A stretch of 64,000 bases of DNA from a phage, in the sequence record PX393108.1. The stretch is one strand, 5' to 3'. The position numbers and the translations under genes were made by a program. Below are positions 19,657 to 29,503 of this stretch, in pieces; position 1 is the stretch's first letter, and the number at the start of each line of letters is the position of its first letter. Below the pieces are notes generated by a model. It was not told the origin of the DNA. It was given only the letters and a program-made list of their open reading frames with translations, and did no database searches.

Positions 19657-19863
19657 TCACAGTTGCCACCATTTTTTGACTTGATAGGAATCAACCCACA
19701 CTTTCATATTAGGGTCTGCTCTTACAATAGGAGGATTAACTTCTTTAATTGAACTATCATGGTATTCTTTTTCAGAAATTTTCACGCAAAGATGACCATT
19801 CAAAGATTCAGTAAATCCTGCATTAATTTTAAGACGCTTGAATTTTACGTGTGTAAGCATCAA
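19657..19863 (-). CDS. Hypothetical protein
   Basis: ORF track, 68 aa. Confidence 0.4.
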   Translation of the reverse strand: MMLTHVKFKRLKINAGFTESLNGHLCVKISEKEYHDSSIKEVNPPIVRADPNMKVWVDSYQVKKWWQL

Positions 19864-20146
19864 TCATATCCTCAATCTGCGATCTAGTAGTCTTCCAAAG
19901 AATACTAATGAGTTCATCGTTATATGGCTGTTTTAGAATATCCCGACTTTTCTTGATAGCATATTCGTATTGAGCAAAATTATTGTTTTCAGCTGCAATC
20001 TGAGCGTGTTTATAAAGACGGTTCAGTTCGCGTTTGTTTTTAGACAATAACTTATTTGCTTTTCTTTCTGCTTCAAGACGGTTCTTTTCTTCAATAGAAG
20101 AAATAAGCTTTTCCACTTCATCATTAATTTCGGGTTTATCAGTCAT
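19829..20146 (-). CDS. Hypothetical protein
   Basis: ORF track, 105 aa. Confidence 0.45.
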   Translation of the reverse strand: MTDKPEINDEVEKLISSIEEKNRLEAERKANKLLSKNKRELNRLYKHAQIAAENNNFAQYEYAIKKSRDILKQPYNDELISILWKTTRSQIEDMIDAYTRKIQAS

Positions 20147-20147
20147 A

Positions 20148-20366
20148 TTATTTCTCTAATATAAAATAAAAATCATCATCTGTTAAATGATACCGATAGT
20201 TTAATTCTACACCATTAGATTTAAAAGCGGTATCATACGGATTTTCTGGATCAATATCAATGTCAAGAGCTAAAACTTCCCTGAGATACATTTTAAGTAA
20301 ATAGGGAATAGCTTCAACTTCAGGTATTTCTTCCAAGAATCCGGAGAGGTTAATCGTTAGCCTCAT
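20148..20366 (-). CDS. Hypothetical protein
   Basis: ORF track, 72 aa. Confidence 0.4.
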
Positions 20367-20913
20367 ATAAAAAATCCAAACTAGGAGAATCGTCTACAAC
20401 ACTTTTCTTTTCAGCCCCCGGTGTTCTATAGGTTGATTCTTCGTAATGCGTCATTTTATCGTAGATGTCTTGAATAAAAGTTTCATCTACTAACGCAACC
20501 ATATCGTCGTCACGACTGTCATAGACATTGTGAACGAAGTAACTATATTTCTTTGCAACTTCCTTACGTTCTTTTTTAATACGTTGGACGAATGCATTAA
20601 AACAAGCTTGAGTTATATATGCATGTGGGTTTTTATATTTCGTTTCATCAAAATTATGAAGCCCCTTAATAGAAGCTTCTATACCATCTGCAATCATTTC
20701 TTGTTTCCAAGATTGGGTGTATCCTGAAAAGTTGAAACGTTTAGATAAGCCTTCTGCGATAAGCATAATGGCTAATCCGATAGTATCATTCTGACGAACT
20801 ACTTTATTTGGGTCTTTATTATTTGCTAATTCTGTTTTCCAATCAATAATAGCCTGTAAAAGCTCTTTATTGTTTACGTAATTATATTTAGGCTTAGTTT
20901 CTGACATTTTCAC
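20350..20913 (-). CDS. 55: Late transcription sigma factor gp55
   Basis: 187 aa; position between a-gt and nrd genes as in T4. Confidence 0.8.
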
Positions 20914-20985
20914 CTCTTAGCTCAATTCATAGATCTATTATATCATAATATTTGAAGATCTATCTTAAAGCATAGAGGATATCAG

Positions 20986-21255
20986 TTATCTAATTAAACA
21001 GTATGCTTGGAACACTTTCTCCATCATCTTTTTAAATTCATGAATATCTATGTAATGACTAGTTAAATCAGCATGATATAAAAAGTCTAAAAACTTTTCA
21101 TGTGTGCTAACATATTCGCTTTCATTTAATTCAGAAACATGGCTTTCCCAATATCCAACACCAGTCTTATTTGGGAAAAATGAAATTTTCATGTATTGGT
21201 CAACATAGAAAATTCCATAATTTTCAATAGTAATAGAAATATTAATAAATTTCAT
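20986..21255 (-). CDS. Hypothetical protein
   Basis: ORF track, 89 aa. Confidence 0.4.
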   Translation of the reverse strand: MKFINISITIENYGIFYVDQYMKISFFPNKTGVGYWESHVSELNESEYVSTHEKFLDFLYHADLTSHYIDIHEFKKMMEKVFQAYCLIR

Positions 21256-21473
21256 ACATTCATCAACTTAGCCGCTTCAAGAGCTGCATCTAGTGAATCA
21301 AACTGGTCAACGTATTCAATCAATTCGCCATAATTAGCGTATAACCACCATTGGCTAAATTCATACTCAAGGATGAATCCATTTCCTTCAATTTGAGTTA
21401 AACCAATGCCATTTGTATTTACTTCATATCCAGCAAGACGTAAATCGTTAATAAGAGCTTCGTTCATATTCAT
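21252..21473 (-). CDS. Hypothetical protein
   Basis: ORF track, 73 aa. Confidence 0.4.
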   Translation of the reverse strand: MNMNEALINDLRLAGYEVNTNGIGLTQIEGNGFILEYEFSQWWLYANYGELIEYVDQFDSLDAALEAAKLMNV

Positions 21474-21796
21474 ACCTTAGCAATTTTCAGGTCAGCAAAT
21501 TTTTTCTTGCGTTGATTTTTCATACGACGAATAGTTTTATCAGAAATTTCGTGCTTTTGATAAGCTTTAGATTCTACACCAAAAGCTTTAACATCAAATT
21601 CTGACAAGATATATTGAACCAACAATTCACGGACAGTATTGCGCCCAATTTTCTGATCATTCTGTTTCATCGTCTGATGAAGCTCTTTTTCCCATTTATC
21701 CAAAATTTGAGGAGTTACAATATCGCCTTTTTCTAGCAAAGAAACTACTTTATCATATGCATAAGAATTGATGGCGTTTTTAATTTGAATAGTCAT
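21470..21796 (-). CDS. Hypothetical protein
   Basis: ORF track, 108 aa. Confidence 0.4.
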   Translation of the reverse strand: MTIQIKNAINSYAYDKVVSLLEKGDIVTPQILDKWEKELHQTMKQNDQKIGRNTVRELLVQYILSEFDVKAFGVESKAYQKHEISDKTIRRMKNQRKKKFADLKIAKV

Positions 21797-21831
21797 ACAT
21801 TATCCTCAATTGCATTAAAATTTTATTATCC

Positions 21832-21852
21832 AAAAAGGGCCGAAGCCCTTAG
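21832..21852 (-). terminator. C(UUCG)G tetraloop hairpin
   Basis: AAGGGC-UUCG-GCCCUU followed by U-run on minus-strand transcript. Confidence 0.45.
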
Positions 21853-22049
21853 CTAAACTGTTTGGCACCCTTCCAGCCTTCGTACATCATTGCAGCTGAT
21901 ATTAATATTGCTCCTGCGCATTTTGAATATTTGTGATTCCAAAACCAGTTCAGAAAAACTTCGTCATCAATACCCTGGGCTATCATATTTTCAAAGAACT
22001 GGCGACGAGCTTCAGCAATTCGTTGCGATAATTTAGATTCAGGATTCAT
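21849..22049 (-). CDS. Hypothetical protein
   Basis: ORF track, 66 aa. Confidence 0.35.
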   Translation of the reverse strand: MNPESKLSQRIAEARRQFFENMIAQGIDDEVFLNWFWNHKYSKCAGAILISAAMMYEGWKGAKQFS

Positions 22050-22265
22050 TTAAATTTTCCAGTTACCGTTTTCATCAATGAATTTAATCCAGTCATTTAC
22101 TGACCACTTGGTCGTATCGCCTTTTGGAGCAATATTTAAAGTGTATAATCCTTGTTTAAAAAGCATGCGTTTGATATTCATATTTTCCTCAGCTGTAACG
22201 ATAGCACTCGTTTGATTTACGCTTAGCAACTCGTTGAGAAGTATTGTAATCAAAATCATCGTCAA
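22050..22265 (-). CDS. Hypothetical protein
   Basis: ORF track, 71 aa. Confidence 0.35.
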   Translation of the reverse strand: MTMILITILLNELLSVNQTSAIVTAEENMNIKRMLFKQGLYTLNIAPKGDTTKWSVNDWIKFIDENGNWKI

Positions 22266-22482
22266 TGTAAACTGATTTTTTCAACTTTCTTACTTCACCG
22301 CGTAATTGACGATTTAACTCATCTTTAACTTCTGAATCAATGCCTTTCATTCTACGCCATTTATCAGAGCGAAAAATGTTTTCAACCATATCTTTATGAC
22401 TTACACCATCAGGAGCTTTACGCTTTCCGAAATAGTCATAATCACGTACTTTTAAATCTTTACGACGATACGTTTTACCCAT
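22189..22482 (-). CDS. Hypothetical basic protein (start moved to ATG with AAGGAAAT RBS)
   Basis: ORF 22189..22527 trimmed to MGKTYRRKDLK. Confidence 0.4.
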   Translation of the reverse strand: MGKTYRRKDLKVRDYDYFGKRKAPDGVSHKDMVENIFRSDKWRRMKGIDSEVKDELNRQLRGEVRKLKKSVYIDDDFDYNTSQRVAKRKSNECYRYS

Positions 22483-22657
22483 GGAGTTTAATTTCCTTAG
22501 CAACTGAACTAAATACAGCACGATCACAAATCATCTGTTTATGTAACTTGAGTATAAGATAATAAACTTCAAAACCGTTTACATAAGTAACACGAACAAC
22601 ATTACCATTAATAAAATAATATTGTCCCTTTTTAATTTCTTTATCAACCAAAACCAT
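22475..22657 (-). CDS. Hypothetical protein
   Basis: 60-aa ORF with early promoter upstream at about 22684-22720. Confidence 0.4.
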   Translation of the reverse strand: MVLVDKEIKKGQYYFINGNVVRVTYVNGFEVYYLILKLHKQMICDRAVFSSVAKEIKLHG

Positions 22658-22683
22658 ATCAAATCCTCAAAGGCAATTCATAT

Positions 22684-22720
22684 GTTAATAATACCACAGT
22701 TTAAACTTCTTGTAAACAAC
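22684..22720 (-). promoter_or_regulatory. T4-type early promoter
   Basis: GTTTAC ... TGGTATTAT on minus strand. Confidence 0.5.
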
Positions 22721-22815
22721 TTTGTGAAAATTATTTTAGGGAATGATAAGAAGGGAACGATAGCTTAGAATGGTAATATACAGAATGTGAGAAAGAAAGG
22801 CCCAGAGGGCCTGTC

Positions 22816-23124
22816 TTAGTCTTCTATGATATCTCTATCATATCCAAGTGAAATGAGAGTTTCTTTGAAGTGTTTAATGTTCTTTTGTCTAGAATCATTG
22901 ATGAAAATGACTGGATAACGAATGTTAAGAGATGTGAATCCAGCGCGTTTAGCAAGAGATACAATCAGTGGACGATCATACTCAATCTTACCATTATTTG
23001 TAAGAACTTTATAGAAAGTAAAAGGAGCATTGAGCTCCTTTAGAAGTTTTGTAACTGATTGACATCCAGGACAACGACCTACTTCATCTGGAATTCCATA
23101 GACTTCAATCTTGTTTTGTTTCAC
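22816..23124 (-). CDS. nrdH: Glutaredoxin-like protein NrdH
   Basis: 102 aa; CPGC redox motif; adjacent to nrdG and nrdD. Confidence 0.7.
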   Translation of the reverse strand: MKQNKIEVYGIPDEVGRCPGCQSVTKLLKELNAPFTFYKVLTNNGKIEYDRPLIVSLAKRAGFTSLNIRYPVIFINDSRQKNIKHFKETLISLGYDRDIIED

Positions 23125-23126
23125 AA

Positions 23127-23363
23127 CTATTCCTTACTAAGAGCAGCATTCAGCTTATTAGTAATTTTATCCAGACGCTCATTGAACTCACTAGAAGATA
23201 GTCCTTTTTCTGGAGAAATCAAACTAATCACGAAAAATATAGCAATAAAAGGAATAAGGAAAATAGCTCCAACTGCCATAAACAAAAAGAATGTTACGGT
23301 TGTAAGAAAATCAGCTAAACCTTTACGAAATTTATACATATTTACCCTTAATTGATTAACCAA
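23127..23363 (-). CDS. Hypothetical membrane protein
   Basis: 78 aa with one long hydrophobic segment. Confidence 0.4.
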   Translation of the reverse strand: MVNQLRVNMYKFRKGLADFLTTVTFFLFMAVGAIFLIPFIAIFFVISLISPEKGLSSSEFNERLDKITNKLNAALSKE

Positions 23364-23453
23364 GCATTGATAAGCACTAAACTATATTGCGAATAAAATT
23401 CTGGACCAAAATGAAAAATCATATCATTTATAGTGTCCATAATATAATTCAAT

Positions 23454-23924
23454 TTAATCATGTTTCCACACCCCATCGGTATTTGACCAAAGTCGCTGAT
23501 TATCTGAACCTCGCCACAGCTTTTTGGTCGGAAGATTTTTCTCATACTTCCCATCAATAATAACATCAACATATTTAAGCATTTCTAGTTGTTTAATATC
23601 TTCAAACTTATATCCTGTCCACAACCAAATGCTTTTATTCGGATAAAGATTTTTTACTGTTTGAACAATGCAATGAACAACATCTCGGTTATCAGGATAA
23701 AGAGGGTCTCCTCCAGTTATAGTTAATCCTTCTATATAATCATTATTCAAACATTCAATTAATTGTTCTAGTGTTTCACCAGTGAATGGAACGCCATTTC
23801 TAGCATTCCACGTTGATTTATTATAACACCCTTCGCATTTATGCAAACAACCTGTAACGAAAAGAACGACCCTGCATCCAGGGCCATTCACAAAATCACA
23901 GGGATAAAATCTATCGTAATTCAT
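23454..23924 (-). CDS. nrdG: Anaerobic ribonucleotide reductase activating protein NrdG (radical SAM)
   Basis: 156 aa; CLHKCEGC (CX3CX2C) cluster motif. Confidence 0.85.
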   Translation of the reverse strand: MNYDRFYPCDFVNGPGCRVVLFVTGCLHKCEGCYNKSTWNARNGVPFTGETLEQLIECLNNDYIEGLTITGGDPLYPDNRDVVHCIVQTVKNLYPNKSIWLWTGYKFEDIKQLEMLKYVDVIIDGKYEKNLPTKKLWRGSDNQRLWSNTDGVWKHD

Positions 23925-25738
23925 TGGTGTTTAACCCTATGCATGATTTCTTTATTTTTGCCGAGATTAAATCCGCGTTCATTCGGATTTCCCAAATAAC
24001 CACAAGTTCTTCTTATTGTGTTCATCTTTTTAGGATCAGTTTCTCCACAAATAGAACAAACAAATCCGTTTTCAGTAGGAGTCATTTCATGGGTACTTCC
24101 ACACGTAAAACATTTATCTACTGGCATGTTAACGCCAAAATAATCTAAATGTTGCGCAGCATAATCCCATACAGCCTCAAGACCTTTTAGGTTATTTTTC
24201 ATATCAGGAAGTTCAACATAAGAAATGTGACCACCTGTCGCAATGAAATGATATGGTGCTTCACGAGAAATCTTTTCAAACGGAGTGATATTTTCTTCTA
24301 CTGAAACATGGAAACTGTTAGTGTACCAGCCTTTATCAGTAACATCTTTTACACTTCCATATTTTTCGGTATCAAGTTTACAGAAGCGATAGCACAGGTT
24401 TTCAGCAGGTGTAGAATACAAGCTAAAAGCAAAACCAGTTCTTTCAGTCCACTGCTTAAGACGAGCATTCATTTTAGTTAAAATTTCCTGTCCAATATCA
24501 CGACCGACAAGAATATTCAATTCGTGAATACCAATGTATCCTAAGGACACTGAACTTCTACCGTTTTTAAATAACTCAATTATATCGTCATCAGGTTTAA
24601 GACGAACCCCGAATGCACCTTCTTGGTAAAGAATAGGAGCAACAGTAGCTTTAACTCCTTTTAAGGAACTAATTCTACACATCAATGCTTCAAAACATAA
24701 ATCCATTCTCTCATTGAACAATTCGGCAAATTTCTGTTCATTGAACTGTGTTCCAATATAAGAATCTAGTGCAATGCGAGGAAGATTCAGTGTTACAACA
24801 CCAAGATTATTACGTCCATCAAGAATTTCATTACCAGTCGAATCTTTCCATACACCCAAGAAACTACGACAACCCATTGGAGAAACAGGAATAGATGAAC
24901 CGGTGATAGCTTTATTGTTCTTAGCCGAAATGATGTCAGGATACATTCTTTTACTTGCACATTCTAGAGCAAGCTGCTTAATATCATAGTTCGGATCGTC
25001 TTTATAAAGATTAACACCTTCTTCAACGAACATAACAAGCTTAGGGAAAATAGGAGTTATCCCATCACGACCAAGGCCTTTAATACGATTTTTCAGAATT
25101 GCTTTCTGAATCATTCGTTCAGTCCAGTCAGTTCCCGTACCAAATGTAATTGTTACAAAAGGCGTTTGTCCGTTTGAACTAAAGAGAGTATTTACTTCGT
25201 ATTCATAAGCTTGGAATGCATCGTATACATCTTTTTCTGTTTTAGATTGGGCATAATTCAACGCATCAGCGATTTGCCATTTTTCTGCGTCCTCAATATG
25301 TTTTGCATAGGTGCGTTTAACATAAGGAGAAAGTACTTTGTCTACATTCGCAAAAGTCGTTCCACCATATTGATGGGAAGCAACCTGTGCAGTAATTTGC
25401 GCCATAATTGCAGTAGCAACACCGATTGATTTAGGAGTTTCAATCTGTGCATTACCGAGCTTAAATCCGTTCTCAAGCATTCCTTTTAAATCTACTAAAC
25501 AGCAATTAGTAAATGGAAGAGCAGGGGAATAATCAATATCATGGAAATGAATAATTCCGCTTTCATGCGCTTTCATAATAAAAGACGGGACCATATTTTT
25601 GGCAATGTGTTTAGACACAATACCAGCCATAAGGTCCCGTTGAGTTGGAAAAACACGAGAATCTTTATTAGCATTCTCGTTTAAAAGGTCTTTATTAGTT
25701 TTATGAATCAATCCTTCAATTTCTTTTTCAATTGTCAT
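23921..25738 (-). CDS. nrdD: Anaerobic ribonucleoside-triphosphate reductase NrdD, uninterrupted
   Basis: 605 aa; C-terminal glycyl radical motif RRTCGYLG; zinc ribbon CFTCGS...CSICG. Confidence 0.9.
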   Translation of the reverse strand: MTIEKEIEGLIHKTNKDLLNENANKDSRVFPTQRDLMAGIVSKHIAKNMVPSFIMKAHESGIIHFHDIDYSPALPFTNCCLVDLKGMLENGFKLGNAQIETPKSIGVATAIMAQITAQVASHQYGGTTFANVDKVLSPYVKRTYAKHIEDAEKWQIADALNYAQSKTEKDVYDAFQAYEYEVNTLFSSNGQTPFVTITFGTGTDWTERMIQKAILKNRIKGLGRDGITPIFPKLVMFVEEGVNLYKDDPNYDIKQLALECASKRMYPDIISAKNNKAITGSSIPVSPMGCRSFLGVWKDSTGNEILDGRNNLGVVTLNLPRIALDSYIGTQFNEQKFAELFNERMDLCFEALMCRISSLKGVKATVAPILYQEGAFGVRLKPDDDIIELFKNGRSSVSLGYIGIHELNILVGRDIGQEILTKMNARLKQWTERTGFAFSLYSTPAENLCYRFCKLDTEKYGSVKDVTDKGWYTNSFHVSVEENITPFEKISREAPYHFIATGGHISYVELPDMKNNLKGLEAVWDYAAQHLDYFGVNMPVDKCFTCGSTHEMTPTENGFVCSICGETDPKKMNTIRRTCGYLGNPNERGFNLGKNKEIMHRVKHQ

Positions 25739-26208
25739 TTTAAACTCTTTCTAAGCTGCTTCTTAAATGAAGCTATTAATTGTGTTTTAGTGTCAGATTC
25801 ATTATATTCAAATCCTCTTTGAAGCATCTCAGCCATCATTTCCTCTTTTCCTAAACGAGAAAATTCCTTTGATTTATCTCCAACGAAGTTAGGGTGAATA
25901 TTATTTTGGGTGTAATCGGATTTTAAATAAGTAAGTAAATTTTCTAACCATTCAAGATAATCAACACCTTGTCCCTTTAAGCCAGAACGATTAAATTTAT
26001 GCTTCATTTGACCTTCCGCAGCATTGCAGAGATTACAGAGCAATCCACGTACCTTTCCTGCTTTTGGTCCATTTAATTCATGGTCATGGTCAAGGTGATT
26101 AGCTTGAACATCAGGATTTAGTTCTCGTTGGCAAATTAAGCATTTACCGTTTTGTGCATTATAAAATTTTTGTTTTTCTTCTTTGTATAATTTGCCAGTC
26201 AATAACAT
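25735..26208 (-). CDS. 49: Endonuclease VII (Holliday junction resolvase) gp49
   Basis: 157 aa; zinc-binding CLIC...HLDHDHE; T4 gene order. Confidence 0.85.
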   Translation of the reverse strand: MLLTGKLYKEEKQKFYNAQNGKCLICQRELNPDVQANHLDHDHELNGPKAGKVRGLLCNLCNAAEGQMKHKFNRSGLKGQGVDYLEWLENLLTYLKSDYTQNNIHPNFVGDKSKEFSRLGKEEMMAEMLQRGFEYNESDTKTQLIASFKKQLRKSLK

Positions 26209-26426
26209 AATAAAACCCTTACCTTAAATAGATAAGGGTATTTATTATTTTCAAGTATTGTAAAACATTCGATGCAATCGCTTATATTGTCGAATCATCT
26301 TTTTAGTAGGACGAGAATAAGTTCCTATACAAGTGGTCATATTAGGGTCAGTAGGACTTCCTTTAATAAAAAGTTTCCAAACCTTACCACCATTTAACTT
26401 TTCAGTATAAATTAATTCGGTTTTCA

Positions 26427-26891
26427 TTAAAACGCTCGGTCAGAAAAAGAAATTTGAGTTTCAAGCCATTCAATATATTCTGCCGCAGCTTGCATCAGGT
26501 TACCTTCATAACCATCGTTATTTTCTTGTGCAGCTAATTTAGCTAATGCATATGAAATGCGTTCACCTTGAAAAGCGGCTTTAGGTTTATGAATAACTTG
26601 ATCAACTCGTTCTACGACCTCTTCAATTTCGCCATTTTCTGCGGATTCAGTATTCCACAAGCACCAATACGTAATTGGCTTATCATAGATGTTAATAATC
26701 TTTCCATCAGAAAGTTCAATTTCAATAATTCCAGTATCAGGTTCTATATCATCTTCGCATTCTTTTGCGAGTTCACGAACTTTAAAGACAGTACCTGCAC
26801 TAAGTTCTGGCCAATAATTACATAGCCCTTTATCAGCACGATTAATTCTAAACCACTTATCTACTGTAATCATGTCCCATCTCCATATCAA
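26427..26891 (-). CDS. Hypothetical protein (T4 pin position)
   Basis: 154-aa ORF downstream of gene 49. Confidence 0.4.
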   Translation of the reverse strand: MIWRWDMITVDKWFRINRADKGLCNYWPELSAGTVFKVRELAKECEDDIEPDTGIIEIELSDGKIINIYDKPITYWCLWNTESAENGEIEEVVERVDQVIHKPKAAFQGERISYALAKLAAQENNDGYEGNLMQAAAEYIEWLETQISFSDRAF

Positions 26892-26996
26892 TTAAGTCAT
26901 TTATCGTTGGTTCATTATATACTGTTTCTTCATCAGTGTAAACCGGTTCTTCCGGTTCTGGCTCTACTGTTTCCCATCTAGCCGCCCACCAAGGTT

Positions 26997-27317
26997 TTAT
27001 AGCGTAATCCATTCTCGTACTGTCTGAGTTACTACACGTTCACGGGGCTCGACTAGTTCAACAGTCGGAACTGCATAATACCAGTCAGAATGGTAAGAAC
27101 CTGAGCGAGATTCATTTACAGACACATGAACGTTATGTTTTGGACTAAAATAAACACACTGACGATATTGGCATTTGCCATCTTGTACCCAATCTTCTAT
27201 TTCGACAGGTTTAAGATAATCCGAAAAATCGAAATCATAATTTTCTGAAAATGCATCATGGTCTTCGATGATTTCACTCAGAACTGCATCAACATCTAAT
27301 TTATTTTCAATATTCAT
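26997..27317 (-). CDS. Hypothetical protein
   Basis: ORF track, 106 aa. Confidence 0.4.
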   Translation of the reverse strand: MNIENKLDVDAVLSEIIEDHDAFSENYDFDFSDYLKPVEIEDWVQDGKCQYRQCVYFSPKHNVHVSVNESRSGSYHSDWYYAVPTVELVEPRERVVTQTVREWITL

Positions 27318-27328
27318 TTTTCACCACT

Positions 27329-27538
27329 TTAATTTCGCAATTTATTAAGTTCTTCATAATCAATCCAGGATTCTAGTCCTGATGGCAAATCAGATTCAAT
27401 TTCCCAAAGAAGCTCTTCAATTTTCTGAAGACGATCTAATTCTTCGGCTGGAATAGTAACCATTGACGGAGTTCTTGATACACTAATATCGTAAATCATA
27501 TTTACCCCAGTTTGACCATGCAATCGCCGTATTTCCAT
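27329..27538 (-). CDS. Hypothetical protein
   Basis: ORF track, 69 aa. Confidence 0.35.
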   Translation of the reverse strand: MEIRRLHGQTGVNMIYDISVSRTPSMVTIPAEELDRLQKIEELLWEIESDLPSGLESWIDYEELNKLRN

Positions 27539-27717
27539 TTAGAAATAGACTTTTCACCGTTAGAATAATAAACTTCGAGTTTAGCACGATTATTTTTAAT
27601 TTGAATAACCTTTGCTGTCATCAAAGTTCCATACCCGTAATAAACTGCAACCTCATCACCTACATATACCGCGCTTCCGCGGTAGTCATGGATATAATCA
27701 GTTCCTTCGAGCATCAT
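27502..27717 (-). CDS. Hypothetical protein
   Basis: ORF track, 71 aa. Confidence 0.35.
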   Translation of the reverse strand: MMLEGTDYIHDYRGSAVYVGDEVAVYYGYGTLMTAKVIQIKNNRAKLEVYYSNGEKSISKWKYGDCMVKLG

Positions 27718-27977
27718 TTAAAGTATTCCCGCAATTGGTCAAATCCACCAATATGACTTCCATCAGGAGCAAATACTTGCGGCATTGTCAAACCAATTTG
27801 AGTATCACGACCTAGTTTCGTCAGAAGCTCAGCGATTTTCTCATCATCAAAAACACCTTTTTCCGGCATAATATTGATAAATTCAAACGGCTGTTTCTTC
27901 ACAGTCAAAAGACGTTTTGCATTATCGCAATACACACATTTGTGGATGTTGCTATCATAACCATATACTTTAAACAT
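27714..27977 (-). CDS. nrdC: Phage thioredoxin/glutaredoxin NrdC
   Basis: 87 aa; CVYC active site; MFKVYGYDSNIHKCVYCDNAKRLL matches recalled T4 NrdC. Confidence 0.85.
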   Translation of the reverse strand: MFKVYGYDSNIHKCVYCDNAKRLLTVKKQPFEFINIMPEKGVFDDEKIAELLTKLGRDTQIGLTMPQVFAPDGSHIGGFDQLREYFK

Positions 27978-27978
27978 A

Positions 27979-28221
27979 TTATTCCTTAATTCCTAGTACT
28001 TGTTTAAAAGTCTCGTCGTAATCAAGACTTTGACCCGTTTGTTCTTTATGTTTGTATATAATATCACTTACTTCTGATAGCATATTTTTATATGAACGAG
28101 TTAAAGCAGATTTAAGCACGCTGTATCTATCAGGAAATTTACCGTGTTCATTATAATACGCTATTGCTAATTCACGGACTGCCTTTTCAGCAATCTCCAT
28201 ATATTCTTTACGCTTGGTCAT
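27979..28221 (-). CDS. Hypothetical protein (nrdC.1-like)
   Basis: ORF track, 80 aa. Confidence 0.45.
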   Translation of the reverse strand: MTKRKEYMEIAEKAVRELAIAYYNEHGKFPDRYSVLKSALTRSYKNMLSEVSDIIYKHKEQTGQSLDYDETFKQVLGIKE

Positions 28222-28525
28222 TTTCTTCTCGGTTAAATCGGTGTTTACAATGACGACATTTATAACGAAGATTACTAGTCTGCCAATGAATTAATTGAAC
28301 CTGTTCAGTACCACATTTTGGACAGTTCGGAACATTCTTAGAAACCCTTTCGCGGCGTTCAACCATAACCATAATGGCATCCCAGGCTGGAGGTTTAAAA
28401 TCTAAATCATCACAACCATGAATCTTTCCACGCATTTCCAGATCGTCTTCTTCACCAGCCATAATAATTTTAATTAGACTGGAATTACTTGAAGCTGCAA
28501 TATCTTCTAATAGACGCTTTTTCAT
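28208..28525 (-). CDS. Hypothetical zinc-ribbon protein (nrdC.2-like)
   Basis: 105 aa; CPKCG ... CRHCKH four-cysteine motif. Confidence 0.45.
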   Translation of the reverse strand: MKKRLLEDIAASSNSSLIKIIMAGEEDDLEMRGKIHGCDDLDFKPPAWDAIMVMVERRERVSKNVPNCPKCGTEQVQLIHWQTSNLRYKCRHCKHRFNREENDQA

Positions 28526-29451
28526 TTCAATACCTCAATAGCATTACGTAAACCATTTGCTTTTGCATTAAGAGCTTTTAACAATTTAGTGTGTTCGGCA
28601 ATTTGGGCTTCAACTTCAATCAAACGAGCATTGAGATATTCGCGTTCTTCGCTCAAGCTATCAACCTTTTCTACTTTAGGTTCTTTTACAACTGGCTTAT
28701 ATGTATTAGGGTTCTTCAGTTTAATTAGAATACGTGAACTGTATAACATTGAACCATTATTTTCGATTTCGTCATACATTTCTACTACGTCCATGATTTT
28801 TAACATCATGCGGAGTTTATAAGATAACGAACGAATAGTTTTGTTGTGCTTATTAATTTCTCTAGCTGTCATGGTGCCGAGATTACGTGAGTAATAATAA
28901 GGAACCTGGATATTAATTAATACTGATGAACCACCTGGCTTGTGTGTTACTTCATCAGCAATAACCCAGTCCTTAACATGAACTGTATTTGTACGGTCAT
29001 CGCCCGCGGTAAATAGTTTACGAGCATGCTTAAAAAGCATATTCACTTGGTCATTGAATTGACAAGCAAATTTATCAGCAAATTTAGTTTCAGGAATGGT
29101 AGATAACCAATCAGCCAAATGGGTCTTTTTAACATCGTTAACAATAGTAAATTCAACCAAATCAGTTATAGATGTCTCAGATTTAATAAAGCTCGGCTTC
29201 ATAAAGTTTTTAATGTTATCGCGAGCTACAGTAGAAGATAACATACGAGAACGTTTAAACCATTGAAGCAAATTGCCCAACGAATGAGAATAAGCGTTCT
29301 GTGTATCTTTACAGATATGATTTTCCTGGCCAACATACTGAAGGAAATCACGAAGAATATTATTGATTACTGCTCTATGTCCTATCTGATAATTACGATG
29401 TTTAGTAATAAGACTGTCAAAATAATCAATATAATGTTTACGAGTTTTCAT
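28522..29451 (-). CDS. Hypothetical protein with C-terminal coiled coil (nrdC.3-like)
   Basis: 309 aa; heptad-like C-terminus. Confidence 0.5.
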   Translation of the reverse strand: MKTRKHYIDYFDSLITKHRNYQIGHRAVINNILRDFLQYVGQENHICKDTQNAYSHSLGNLLQWFKRSRMLSSTVARDNIKNFMKPSFIKSETSITDLVEFTIVNDVKKTHLADWLSTIPETKFADKFACQFNDQVNMLFKHARKLFTAGDDRTNTVHVKDWVIADEVTHKPGGSSVLINIQVPYYYSRNLGTMTAREINKHNKTIRSLSYKLRMMLKIMDVVEMYDEIENNGSMLYSSRILIKLKNPNTYKPVVKEPKVEKVDSLSEEREYLNARLIEVEAQIAEHTKLLKALNAKANGLRNAIEVLK

Positions 29452-29503
29452 GTTCTTCTCACTTGGTTAATGATTTATACTCCGAGCCATCCTTGGCTTT
29501 AAA

